A stretch of 64,000 bases of DNA from Octopus vulgaris (taxonomy: Eukaryota), in the NCBI GenBank assembly GCA_951406725.2, contig OX597820.1, forward strand, positions 93,744,001 through 93,808,000. Reading direction: 5' to 3'. Below are positions 41,043 to 53,635 of this stretch, piece after piece. The notes beneath the pieces are model-generated. The model saw only the letters and a program-made list of their open reading frames with translations, searched no databases and was not told the origin of the DNA. Both the position numbers and the translations under genes were made by a program. The first letter of the stretch is position 1. The number at the start of each line of letters is the position of its first letter.

Positions 41043-42399
41043 TTTCTCTCATTCACTTACTCGCACACTCACTCACTCACTCGCACGCATGCACACACAT
41101 AGCTTTTAGTTGTATATTTGCTAAATGGCCAAAGAAAAATAAGGAATCAAATGCTAAATTGTATGTGTTTGTGTATATATACACACATACGTCCACATAC
41201 ATATATACATATATGTATGCATATACACACACATATACACACACACACATATATACATGAAAACAGTAAAATTAAATTATATATATATATGAATAAAAAA
41301 CAAGGTAATATTTAATGTGTATTCACACATATATATGCATATATGTGTGTGTGTTATACGAAACACACATGCACACACATATACACAAACACATACATAT
41401 ATGTGTGAGTGTCATACATGTTTATGTGTATATAACATTTAAATGAAAGTTCTTGAAACTGACTTCTACATTGATAAGGGAACCTTCCTATCTTAGGTTA
41501 TACACCCCCCTGTATCTAACACTTTCAAAATATTACTTTAGAACCTAGAAACGGATTACTATCCCCAAAATTTCTCATAAATAAAAATGAGTAAACAGGA
41601 GAGGTAACAACGGTTAGCATTGTTCACTTGTCGACTATCTAGTAACCTATCAGCTGCTGCCCCTGAAATATCATCAACAAGATGTAAGTTATGATGTAAC
41701 TAAATGGGTAACTCAGAAAACAAAGAAAAATCTAACAGTGAAGTTGAGTGTAAACTCCTACCCAATAAAAGTTTGTTGCGACAGTTAGCATTCGAAACCG
41801 CATCAGCTCTGTAACGGACGAAGGCCACTACATAGTAGGTGATACTAGACATTTCAGCCAATTATATTTCAGCTGCATTCGTATGATCACATGATTCGAA
41901 TGGAAATTTCCAAGCAGGTACCCACCAAAACACGCAGGGACAGTTGAGGTTTTCTTGGACGACCCACTTATTAAAAGAACTCTTCTTGCAGGACATAACG
42001 TTTAAACCTCTCGCCAGATATAACATTCTCATCTTTTGCCAAGCATAACATTTTTTTCTCTCATGCACTAGCTACTGGCTTTCAGCAAAACAAACAGCCT
42101 TCGGCAAGTATGGAAATAAATATAATTCATTGAAACTAAATATCGTTGATTGGTTTTATATGGGAGCAGCACACAGCCGAACCTAATAATGCAGCTCTCA
42201 GCTAAGCAATACATTTTTTTAAAATTAGTAAAACGCACTAATTGAAATAATAATGAAATTAAAATTCAAAATTGGACATTGTTTGAAGCGAGGGAAAACA
42301 AAAGGGAACGTGTAGTCATGTGGAAATTACTGATCCCACAACTGAAATGATGCATGAAAAACAAAACAACTAATAATGTCAGATTAACTCATGTTTCCT

Positions 42400-42640
42400 C
42401 AATACTTACCAAACACAGCCCTATCACTGAGCTCTGTTTTTATTGACTCCGAATTAACTAATTCTACCACAGTCCCAATCAAATTTATTCGCTACATTCA
42501 TGTGGTTTATCCACATCACCTTCATTCTGCTTCACAACTTAAACCTACTACTGCGCACTTTCAAGAATATTTGTTGAGAATTTTTGGAACTCGCTTCCCC
42601 ACAGTTATTATTTAACTTTCACACGTCACTTACAACACAC
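42400..42640 (+). mobile_element. Possible CR1/L2-type LINE 3' end remnant
   Basis: Translates in part to FIRYIH and FWNSLPHS, resembling the WNSLP C-terminal motif. Confidence 0.35.
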
Positions 42641-43131
42641 TCAATATAATTTTCACTAACATTGCTCTGTTATTTTAATCCTCTTAGTTTAGAAGAGCCT
42701 AAATTGCAAGAGGCATACTCTCACTCTCTCTGTCTAACATGAATTGTAACGAATAATATTGAAATATCACTTCAAATGGAATTTGAGAATTTTCCTGAAA
42801 AAGAACAATGAAAGCTTGTTGCTCGATAGACGTAAATTTCACATTAAAAAATAAATGGTAAAGAAAACGTACTTTGAAAGTTAATGACGAAGCCATATAA
42901 GAACCAATTATATATCGAGACAAACTTGACAGTTTTACCCGTAGTAATAAGAAAATTTTACTGAAAAATTATTTAAACATCATTTCCATGATATTTAATG
43001 GATTTAAACAAATATGATTGATTTGTAAACGACAACCACGATTTCGTAAATAGGATTATCAATAAATTATTTTTAAGGTCAGCTCCTGAATCCAAGCAAG
43101 CTGGTGGTGATCTGCAGTGAGCAAGTATTAA

Positions 43132-43665
43132 CCCTTTAGTATTCAGATTACTCTGTTAAATATAATACTTATTCACTCAAATTGTTTTGAATTAATCATG
43201 CATTATCTTATAGCTTTGAGGTTTCAGTGATGTGATTGTTTATTTTTAGCATGCCATTGTAGGTTAAGTGTGAGAGGCTAGATATCGCCAGTTTGAATAT
43301 AAAACACTAGCAGTATCGCCCGGCGTTGCTCAGGTTTGTAAGGGAAATAACTATAAAGCATTTTTAGAGAGTTATAGCCAAAAAATAGCAAAAAAATGGA
43401 AAAAAAATGATGGTAAATTTTTTTTTGAGAGTTAAAAAAGGTGGAGTTGCGTCCCCTAGACGGTCTGTGGTTTGGGTTTCTGATTCTCGACCCCATGTCG
43501 AATTTATCGATTTTTTTCAGAACTGGGAAGAATCGGTTGAAAGCCGTGGTCAGAGTGAGGGTACGAGAAAACAGACACACAGAAAACGCACAGACAAACT
43601 GCCGTTTATATATAGAGAGATTTAGAATATTTGGGCCGGATATGGCCGGTTTAAACACTAAAGGG
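43132..43665. mobile_element. piggyBac-like MITE (host of a nested insert)
   Basis: TTAA|CCCTTTAGTATTCAGA at left; reverse complement of the right end is CCCTTTAGTGTTTAAA; right TTAA degenerate (tcca). Confidence 0.6.
43306..43621 (+). mobile_element. Helitron/Helentron-like non-autonomous insert (Lep1/HINE-style)
   Basis: Starts ACTAGC..CCCGGCGTTGC and ends aatcggtt..ccgt..acagacacacaga..tatatatagagagat. Confidence 0.55.
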
Positions 43666-44491
43666 TCCAATGAATTTAGGTGACAGTCAACTAGAGTAGT
43701 TACAATAGAGCTCAAAATGCTTTACCGTGTTCCTTCTGTATCCCGACGTTCTGAGTCTAGATACCGCTAATGTTAACTCTGTCTTCCATTCTTTCTTGGT
43801 TGATAAAATAGCAAACCAGTCCAGAAGGTATTTTGGTGGAATTACTACAGTGTCAGACAAGAAGATCGTGGTATTTATTTCAACTCTTAAACTTCTGAGG
43901 TTTTGGGTGGTAGACTTAATCTATTTCCCAGTTTAACTTAACAACTTGATTGTTGTGCACCTATAGTGGAGTTCGCTCTGTTTGAGGATCATTTCATTCT
44001 TTCATCCTATAACCACCGAAGGCCCAGAATAAATAAACGGTAAATGGTGCTGCTTTCCCCACCCGACCAAATGTTGACTTATTGTAAGGAGAGATATTAA
44101 GCCGACGTTGTCCTTCATCAAAGAGTAATAATTGACTCCTCACGGCAGATCAACCCATTTTAATGCAATGTTTTTCTCCGAATGGTATATATTATTGTTA
44201 GCATTGCTCAAAGGCCAAACAATGTGTGTGTGTGTGTGTGTGTGTGTGTTTGTGTGTCTGTCTGTCTGATTGCATGTGGTGTATGTGTGGTAATTGATTT
44301 GAAAAGCCCAAGTATTTAAGAAGAATTTAGTTATTTTATTGAAGCCAGAATGATGTAAAGCAAATCAACCCCAGTGTCATTTGAATTCAGATGGAAAAGA
44401 GACATTACTAAATGCCACAAGATATTTTGCTCAACGTACTCCCGATTCTGCAATATACGCCCCGTAGAGTTTTAAATATCAGATAAGTTTC

Positions 44492-44723
44492 TTATTTCTT
44501 TATTACCCACAAGGGGCTAAACATAGCGGGGACAAATAAGGACAGACAAAGGGATTAAGTCGATTACATCGAACCCAGTGCGTAACTGGTACTTAATTTA
44601 TGGACCCCGAGAGGATGAAAGGCAAAGTCGACCTTAGCGGAATTTGAACTCAGAACGTAACGGCAAACGAAATACCGCCAAACATTTCGCCCGGCGTACT
44701 AACGTTTCTGCCAACTCGCCGTC
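44492..44723 (-). mobile_element. Family B SINE, full length, young
   Basis: Near-identical to 8761-8990. Confidence 0.92.
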
Positions 44724-44751
44724 TTCAGTAGTTCAATTTCGTAAGCTAAAG

Positions 44752-44940
44752 GTAGTTATTTAGGCTAAGTCCAAATCTGATCAAACAAATCTATGATGAA
44801 AATATTCCAGATAATATCTCATATTTTAGAGCTATTTTGGACAATTTTCTCTGAAGTAGACTTATTTTTAAGATGATAGGATATATTTCGAAGGATATTC
44901 CGCGGTTATTTCTAACAGGATGGGTGACCACATAGAGGAG
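44752..44940 (-). mobile_element. Family D repeat copy
   Basis: ctgatcaaacaaatctatgatgaaaatattcca..ttatttctaacaggatgggtgaccacatagagg. Confidence 0.55.
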
Positions 44941-46038
44941 GTTTTCTTATTGGCTCAGCACTAAAAGATGTTAGTAAACTTGGAAATATTTATCTAGTTG
45001 TAGGTGTCTGGTTCTTATCTTGCTTGATAAAATAAAATTAAAATAAACATTGACGGACAAATACCGTAGTTCAACAGATAAGACAAAAAGGACGAGAAAC
45101 GTATAATCAACATACATGTGCGCGTGAGTGTGGATGTGTTTAAGTGTATGTATATATATATATACATATATATACATATACATACATACAAATAGGTGCA
45201 TATGCATTACAAATAAGTATGCATATATATATATATATAATATATATATGCGTATGTTCAAGCATATATGAGCACACACATGTATAAATCCATGTTTGTA
45301 CATATAACCCATACTCACAAATACACACACATACATAAGTTATATATATATATATATATATATATGTAATATTGTGGTTTACACATCTGACAGTATGTGG
45401 TCAATATCTATGCCAGTATACAACAGCAAAAGAGTAGGGCGATGACATACATTCATTGCTTTTAATGACAGACGAAGATGAGCTCCATAGACAATGGTAC
45501 TTATTACTAGCTTGTAATATATCGAAATATAGACAGAATCATTAGTAAGTAGAAAATGTGTTGACATCATTTGTGTTTCGCTGTCGGCACTAAGATATTT
45601 TATTTGCTGTAACATTAAATTACATTTGTTTTATAATAAAACAGTAATTTCCGAGGAAATTTGTCATGTTCTTCATCAGCAAATAGTATGCACTCAGACA
45701 CACACACACACACACACACATACACAGATATAATTTAATAGACGCAGGATTTAAAGTGAGCTACTTTAAGTTTCATGCTCGGATAATATCGTAATCGGAC
45801 GGGCTTGTATAGCGTGCTATGTACTATCCTGCAATCTATGAGGTTAAAAAAAATTACGGTACTATCTGAGCAGAAACTTATAGTAGCTCACATTTATGTC
45901 CAGTGTTTATTAAGTGATATTTATCTCTTCCTAGGTGGAGTACTACTTTTTGTTGAACCTACGAATAACGGAACAGTACACTATACATACATACATATAC
46001 ACACACATACATTCATACATGCATCTGTGCGTACGTTC

Positions 46039-46071
<33 letters not shown>

Positions 46072-47005
46072 TGTATGTATGTATGTATGTATGTATGTAT
46101 CGTATAAATGTACGTATATAGTTCGCTATGTGAATTTGCCTGGAGGAAGGCTGGCGTTTCGATCAGGACTCATCAGCAGAAATGAGTCAATATATTCAGC
46201 AACAAAATATACACAAATATAACTGAAAAGTTAATATATTGTAGATTTGTGGTCTACTGAACAAGAGGTTTCCATCACCTTCTAAAAACTGCAGTGAGTT
46301 AGAAATGTAAAAATAAAAATGGTTTTCGTAGCTACCACGTTGTAAAAAAGTACGTGCCATTTTTTTGTACCTTACTCAGTTGGCAGAAATATATTCCCCG
46401 AACCTTCTATACCTGTATTTTGGGAAATTTTTGTTTGTTTTTATAATGAGTTCTTTTCTCCAGGTTGTTATCTCTTGTGTGTAAATAAACATAGAATCTC
46501 TCTCTCTCTCTAGACTCCATAAAGAAAGCTGATCTTCAGCTGATCTTGAGAGAAGAGAACCTCAAAAGAATTCTAACTACACAGGGATTCAAATCTTAAA
46601 GATATAATAACCAACCGAAACTGAAATGCTAACTTGGATAGGTAGCTAGTCTTCAACTTCTATTTCCCGATGGACGTGCTTTAATTAATGTTGACTCCTT
46701 ATCTTCTCCCAAAACACGTCCGCTTTTCTTTCATGCAGAATATAACTAACAGCAAAACAATCAAAGTTTGGACAGATCCTTATGCATGTTGAACATTATT
46801 ACGCAGGTAACACAAGTAACAGTAGTTATACTTACTTTTGTACATTACTCTAAACAAATCAGAAGGAAAATGCCTCGTTCAATAGAATGGTGGTGGTAGT
46901 GGGGTAATTTTCTTTATAAAACTCAATATGAATTGGCGGTTTGTTATTTGAGAATCCGCTTTTTTCATGTAATCAATTATCTGATGTCAGTATTGAACAG
47001 TGGTA

Positions 47006-47218
47006 AAGCTGCGAGCTCGCAGAACCATTAGCATACCGGGCAATATGCTTGGCAGCATTTCGCCTGTTTTTACGTTCTGAGATCAAATCTCGTCGAGGTC
47101 GACTTTGCCTTTCATTTTCGAAGTCGATAAAATAAGTACCAGTTGAGCACTGAGATTGATGTAATAGACTAATCCTCACCCACAAACTTGCTGGCCTTGC
47201 GCCAAAATTTGAAACTAT
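47006..47218 (+). mobile_element. Family B SINE, full length
   Basis: Perfect 15-bp TSD tattgaacagtggta at 46991-47005 and 47219-47233. Confidence 0.92.
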
Positions 47219-47811
47219 TATTGAACAGTGGTACAAAGTCATATATTTTAAAACCGGACGCAGATGATTAAATCGATTGTATTTCTAGTATGGTACTTAT
47301 TTTATCCATTTCCTTAAAACGAAAAGCAGGATTTAAACAGGGAACGTAAGGGGGCCTAATTAGATAACATACATCCTTTACTGAACGATGCTCTACTGGT
47401 TCTACCGTCAACCATCTTCAAGCGGCTGATATTGTAAAAGCAATAGAAGCCCAGCAATAGCAGTTCGAATATATCAGGTGACCAATAGCCTCTTCAGAAC
47501 TCTGACAACAGACTCACAAGCGTACTTGAAAATAGCTGATGCCATCTATTGCGGCTCGTATCTCATACATAGGCGCTGTGTTCATTGTCCAGACACCTCT
47601 TGCTGGCTCACTCCATTTTCCTGTAAAGAAATGTTATTTTAAGTGATCAAATTTCCCTGTTGTTTCTACGAAAATTAACATCATTTCTATTATCGGCTGT
47701 TTCACTACTTACATAATGAGTTCTGTTCTACACAGGAGCCTCAATAATAACATATGCAATCCTAACTTCGGCCCACATTCAATCTTGTAGAGATCTAATA
47801 TACATTATACG

Positions 47812-47992
47812 CGGTCGCTCGATCTGGTGGAAATAGCAGCCAAATCTCTTTGAAATCACTGCACCATCTTTAAAGAAGAAAAGCTAAATTGGATACTGTA
47901 GTCTGAGATGAACTCTGTCCGAAATGATGTGATACTCATGGCTAGAATGTCTTTGGTTATAAGGCTTTTGATAAAGACTAGGGTCAAACAAC
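47812..47992 (+). mobile_element. Family D repeat copy
   Basis: cggtcgctcgatctggtggaaatagcagccaaatctc..atggctagaatgtctttg..caaacaac. Confidence 0.65.
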
Positions 47993-48055
47993 TGCCAGAG
48001 TAAACTTAGTACAAACACGTTAATAATGAGTACGTGGGTGATGGCGATAAAGAGT

Positions 48056-48243
48056 ACACCAACCTCGAGGTTTTTAATACACTGACAATGAGTCTTTAGT
48101 ATTCAAACTTTAGTGCATCAACCGTGAATCTTTTGTACACTAAGTATGAGTCTTTAGCACATCGACCGTGAGTTTTTGTACGCCGACCGCGAGTCTTTGA
48201 CAATAAGTCTGTAAAACACTGACCACGAGCATGTGTCTTTAGT
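48056..48243. repeat. Degenerate ~22-bp minisatellite (consensus about ACACCGACCGTGAGTCTTTAGT)
   Basis: Units start at 48056, 48079, 48115, 48137, 48159, 48180 and 48216. Confidence 0.8.
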
Positions 48244-48822
48244 ATATGGAGAAGTCGAGAGTCTTGATTGAAAACTGTTTTACACAGAGAGGCAGTTATT
48301 TCTATAACAGTTCACTAGGAATCTGAGACAGTGGCGCCATCTAGTTCGACAGCAGCCAGATGACAGTCTGGCCTTAAACCTTGTCAGTATGTCGCTCAGA
48401 TATATTTTTGCTAGAATACTGGATCCCGCAAAAAATAAGCGGGGTATATGTAAGTGACAAACGGAGGCATGTAACTGAATCGTTACAGAATTTGGGAAAG
48501 AAAAGAAATAAGTAAAACTGCGAACAAAAATATTTATTCAAGTTTTCTTCATTATGTCACCCAGTACGAGCAGCTAATTTAATTAAATAAAGGTCTCAAT
48601 TAGAAAATGCTCAGGCTTCGTTGTTTCGTAACTGTAGCTCAAAGTTTAATATCAGTAAAGAATAAAGTTCTGTATAAGTACAATAATTTGAAACATAAGT
48701 AAAAGCTGTCGGTAACCAAACTAATATTTTGATATCAAAGTTTATAGAGAAAACAAGAGAAGAGTCGAAATAATAGAGTCGTAAACGAATAGTAAAAGTA
48801 AGTGAATGTAACTGAATACAGA

Positions 48823-48984
48823 GGCGCAGGCATTGCTATGTGGTAAAGAAGTTCGCTTCCCAACTAAATGGTTTCAGGTTCATTTCCATTCAACGGCTTC
48901 TACAAGTGTCTTCTACTATAGCTCCTATAGCTCCGGGCTATAGAAGAATGCTTTTTGGATGAATTTGGTAGGCGGAAACTCTGA

Positions 48985-49072
<88 letters not shown>

Positions 49073-49284
49073 ATGCATGTGTTTCTCTCTCTCTCTCTCC
49101 CTCTCTCTGTATGCATGTATAGGTGTGTGTTCCTATGTATTTGCTCTCCACCGATATTGGTTTGTTTACGTTCACGTAACCTAACTGTTCAGTAAAAATA
49201 CAGGAGTCGATTTGTTTGACTAACTCTACAAGTTGGTGCCCTCGCATGGCCATAGTGCATTAACTGAAAAGAGTAAAAGAGAGT
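48823..49284 (+). mobile_element. Family A SINE with a long internal (TG)n
   Basis: ggcgcagg..tggtaaagaag..caagtgtcttctactatagc..gcatggcc..gagtaaaaga. Confidence 0.8.
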
Positions 49285-50209
49285 ACTAGAAGGTCAGAGA
49301 CTGTGCAAAGGCGGAGAACACAAAGATGACGATAATTGGAAATCTAGACCGGAAAGTATTGAGTATTCAAGGGTTCACTCCGATAGCTATATAAACGTTA
49401 TTGCTTAAGTAGGATCTCCAATGAAGGACGTTTGCGACACGTATTTCTAAGATCCTGACACTAGTAGACGACACAAGAGAATTTTCACAGGGAATAGAAA
49501 TAGGGCATTTTAAGTACATCCACTTTAGAAAAATGGATGTTCTCAAATCAATTTCCTCCAGGGTGAGATTTATCCTATTACCAACATCAGCGATAGCATT
49601 CGGAGGCTTAAAGACGCCTGCTAAAATGTATAACTGAGTGCGCGCGTTTGTGTATACATACATTTTTTTATATTTATGTACATACACACACACACACAGA
49701 GCGGTAGATAGATGGATAGATAGATAAATAGATGGAGAGAGAGAGGGAGAGAGAGATAACTTCGACCCATAAGCCTGTTAGTGTTCGGTATGTGAAGCTT
49801 TCAACTGGTAGGTCTTGTACCTGTAAGATGTTTGCAAATAACACACGCGTATATATATATATATATATATATATACTCTCACACTTCAAGCATAACAATT
49901 ACGGACACACTAATTAATACTCCACCATTCTAACTAACCAGAGCCAATATTCTTTTACACACGCACACGTCAATACACATATACATTCACCGTACTTAAA
50001 CACCCATATATCACTTTCTCTGGTGCCCATATCCAAATACACACATTCCGATATATGCATCTACACACACGCTCCTACCTCCCTTCTTAACTCCCCCCCC
50101 CACCATATAACAGAATTCCTACTTGGTTTCTCTCCTTTTCATTCTTCCTGTTTCCTTCTTCCATTTTTTATACATTGACTATCTCTCTTTCACACTCCTA
50201 TGCTTCTCC

Positions 50210-50477
50210 ATCTTTTTCTCCTGATGAAGGACCAACGTTCAAAACATTATGGCTAACACCCGAAACATTAAGTATTTCCCCATTAAAGCGTTACACCAAT
50301 ATTATTAAGCTTCATTGTATATGTGTTCATTTTAAAGTTATATCATCTTCTCTCTCTTCTTTTCTCCCGATGAAGGACTAACATCCGAAACGTTAAATGT
50401 TTCCCCATTAAAATATTAAACTAATTTTATCAACCTTCATTCTGCATATGTTCCTTTTGAAGTTACACCACCTTTCC
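50210..50477 (+). mobile_element. Tandem ~146-bp repeats with minimal hammerhead-like cores (Penelope pseudo-LTR-like)
   Basis: CTGATGAAGGA at 50221 and CCGATGAAGGACTAACATCCGAAACGTT at 50367, each followed by a similar tttcccc(c)attaaa..cttcatt..aagtta tail. Confidence 0.6.
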
Positions 50478-50904
50478 TATAAGTTTTAAAGCATTCTCGA
50501 TTTCACTCATCAGAAAGTAGGTTCATCTAGGACCTGGTTATATATACAGTGCAACAGAATACAGCACCGGGAAGTTTGTTATTCAGGTAAGTACAATATA
50601 CAAAAGGCGAAAAGCGTGACAACATATACATTTTCATTCAACATTACAAATGTTCACACACACGCACACACGCGCACTGCGCATGCACACAGCGTTTGTA
50701 GAGAAATATTGAGGCAAAATAGAAATCGGTTTCTCTTGGCAACAGAAAGAAAATGCCAGCAAGGTAGTATGCACTTATATGTAAAACAACATACGTGGGA
50801 CTGAGTGTGTGCGTGTGTGAGCTTATGTATATGTGTAAATATGTATGCATACGCACACACACACACATAGATTAAAAGAGGGAGGCACCATGATTTCGAT
50901 GTAT

Positions 50905-50962
<58 letters not shown>

Positions 50963-51243
50963 GTAGCAGTATCATTCGCTTACATTGAATACATAAAATA
51001 GGCGTATGGTACTGCTACAATTGTTTCGTTAGAAATCTTCATGAGTGTGTGTGTGTGCGTGTGTGTGTATGCGTGCATGTGTGTGTGTGTGTGTGTGTAT
51101 GTGTGTGTGTGCGTGCGTGCGTGTGTGTGAGTAGGTGTTCATGTTCATGCGTGTTGTTTTACTGCACGAAGACGTACATCACAACACGTATATATAATTG
51201 CATGTACATGCGTTGTGTGTGCGCGTGAGCTATAAAGAGAAAT

Positions 51244-51276
<33 letters not shown>

Positions 51277-51352
51277 GAGGGAAAGAGGTATTAGATAGCT
51301 AGGTTGAGAAAGTATTTATATTAATATGAATATGCATGTTTGTAAGTATGTC

Positions 51353-51410
<58 letters not shown>

Positions 51411-51593
51411 CATGTTATTACTGAAATAGGCGGGTCATGTGAATCATGTAAATATATGCATGTCTATCTAAGTGTAATAATACATGTGTGCGCGTGTGCA
51501 ATAGTGTGCATGCACGAGCAGGGCTAATTCGATGCATGCAAGCATCTAAGAAGCGTCCATGGATGAATGGCTGACGTGTGTGTATGTGGTTTC

Positions 51594-51660
<67 letters not shown>

Positions 51661-51981
51661 CTTTTCGTGTGTGTGTGTGTGTATGTGTGGATGTTTGCAC
51701 GGATATAGCCGTTTATGTTCAGCGTGTTTAAGAATACGTGATAGTCTCTGCATGGAGTGTATTATTTAAAATGTATGTGAATGTGAGATGTGTATATGTG
51801 TCCGTGTTAGTGAATGCGGATGTAACTATATATATATATATATATATTTAGTGTACTTAAGAGTACATGCGTGTTTGTATGTGTGTGTGTGTGTGTGTGT
51901 TTGTATGTGTGTGTGTGTTATTTCTGTGTGTCGCCTGGCTTATGAACACTGCAATCCTGTATCCTTGCTGTTATGTATTGC

Positions 51982-52012
<31 letters not shown>

Positions 52013-52204
52013 GGGGGTGGGGGTGTAAGTGCACATTTGTCTGCGCATGCGTTTGCACGCTGAAAATCACGAGACGTCCTAGTCACTCACAACATATTTC
52101 GTTGACTTGATTCTCTCACCACTACCACAATCATCATCATCATCATCATCATCATCATAAGCACCACTGTCACCAACACCAACAACTCCACTATTCTCAA
52201 GGAA

Positions 52205-52410
52205 GCCTCTACTCAGCCTCAATCGGTCTGCTAGAAAGAGCAGCTAAATATTTCTCTCAAAACCCAACTGTATCAATTGTCTGTTTTAAGATAATGTAAT
52301 GATGCTAAGACATACGCCTAAAATTACGTAGTGGTCTTAGCTGAAACACCTTTGATCATAGATCTACCCGGACGGAGTTAGCCTGGGGCTAAACACCATC
52401 AACAACTACT
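52205..52410 (+). mobile_element. Family D repeat copy with an (AAC)n tail
   Basis: tgctagaaagagcagctaaat..cctttgatcatagatct..cctggggctaaacaccatcaacaac. Confidence 0.7.
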
Positions 52411-52779
52411 AATACAACTACTGTTGCTGCTGCTTCTGCTGCTGCTGTTGCTGCTGCTGCTGCTGTTATGACTACTAGATTTTTATGCAATGGGTGTGTT
52501 AAATAGTGTAGACACTAATAATATACAAGATGTTAGTGGAGGCGGCGAAACAGAATGTAGAAAGTGATGTGGTTGCATGAGAACACTGATGGAGTTGGTG
52601 ATATGAGAGAAAGAAAGAGACAGACAGGGAGAGAGAGAGAGAGAGAGAGGGTGAGAAGAGAAAGAGAGAAAGAGAGTGTGTTTGGTGGTGGTGGTGGTGG
52701 CGATGGTGATGGTGGTGGTGGTGGTGGTGGTATTTATAGTAGTAACTGTTACAGCGAAAAGAGGAATCATTAGCTGGAA

Positions 52780-52998
52780 ATGTTTAACACCCGGCCAGGA
52801 CTGATCAAACAGACCTGTAATTCAACCATTCCAGCCATGACCAATCCATCATATCTTTAAACAATACATTCAATTTTACAATAAAGTCTACAACATATAA
52901 TAGGTCTTTTACTGCTGTTTTTTTTTTTATTTTCATGATGGCAGTTTGTAGTTTGAAGGAAATTTGCCTGCTACTTCTAGCACACCAACCGACCACAT
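52780..52998 (-). mobile_element. Family D repeat copy
   Basis: Reverse complement of the 52205 copy. Confidence 0.65.
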
Positions 52999-53188
52999 TA
53001 ACGTTACCTTAGTGTTTTGTGGTGTTGGTTGTGGGGTATTGGTTGCAGTTGTAGTAGTTAGTAGCGGTGTCAGTGGTAATGGTTATGGCAGTAGTGATCA
53101 TAGTAGTAGCTGTGGTACTAGTGATTGTATTAGTAACGATGTAAGTGGTGGTGGTCATGCTTGTAGTAGTAGTAGTAGTAGTAGTAGT

Positions 53189-53239
<51 letters not shown>

Positions 53240-53415
53240 TGTTGTTGAAGTAGTAGTAGTAATCGTAGTAGTGGTTATGGTACTGGTGGTGGTGGCTGTA
53301 GGGTTTGTTGTAGTACTAGTAGTTGTATAGTAGGAGTGATGTTGATAGTAGTAGACGTTAGTGCTAGTATGTGAAAGCAGAAATAGTGTTTCTCTCAACA
53401 ACTATGTTGCTGCAG

Positions 53416-53635
53416 CTGTTTAGCCCTAGGTCTGTCCTTACTAAGTAGAGTTGTGATCAAAAGACATTATAGCCGCGACCAGTCCTTCTTGTTTCGTTTT
53501 TTTTTCTTTTCTTCTTTCAGACACTGTATATCTAGGACCACATCTCTTTATGTGACCTTTTTTATTTAAAGAAAGTGTGCTTCGAGGGAGATTTCGCAAC
53601 AATTTCTAGCCGGCCGTGCGACTATGTAGAGTCTC
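53416..53635 (-). mobile_element. Family D repeat copy
   Basis: tgtttagccctaggtc..tgatcaaaagacatt..gagggagattt..atttctagc..gcgactatgtagag. Confidence 0.7.

Noticed and set aside
47950-47965. tctttggttat resembles the miR-9 5' end
   Set aside because: Match stops after 11 nt, lies in a family D repeat, and has no hairpin; I recognised no conserved miRNA elsewhere by eye
48056-48243. Possible CRISPR-like array
   Set aside because: Degenerate adjacent units with no unique spacers, no cas genes, eukaryotic context
50570-50592. Plus-strand ttattcag|gtaagt as a second ratchet site
   Set aside because: Pyrimidine tract is short and an AG lies close upstream; much weaker than 59076
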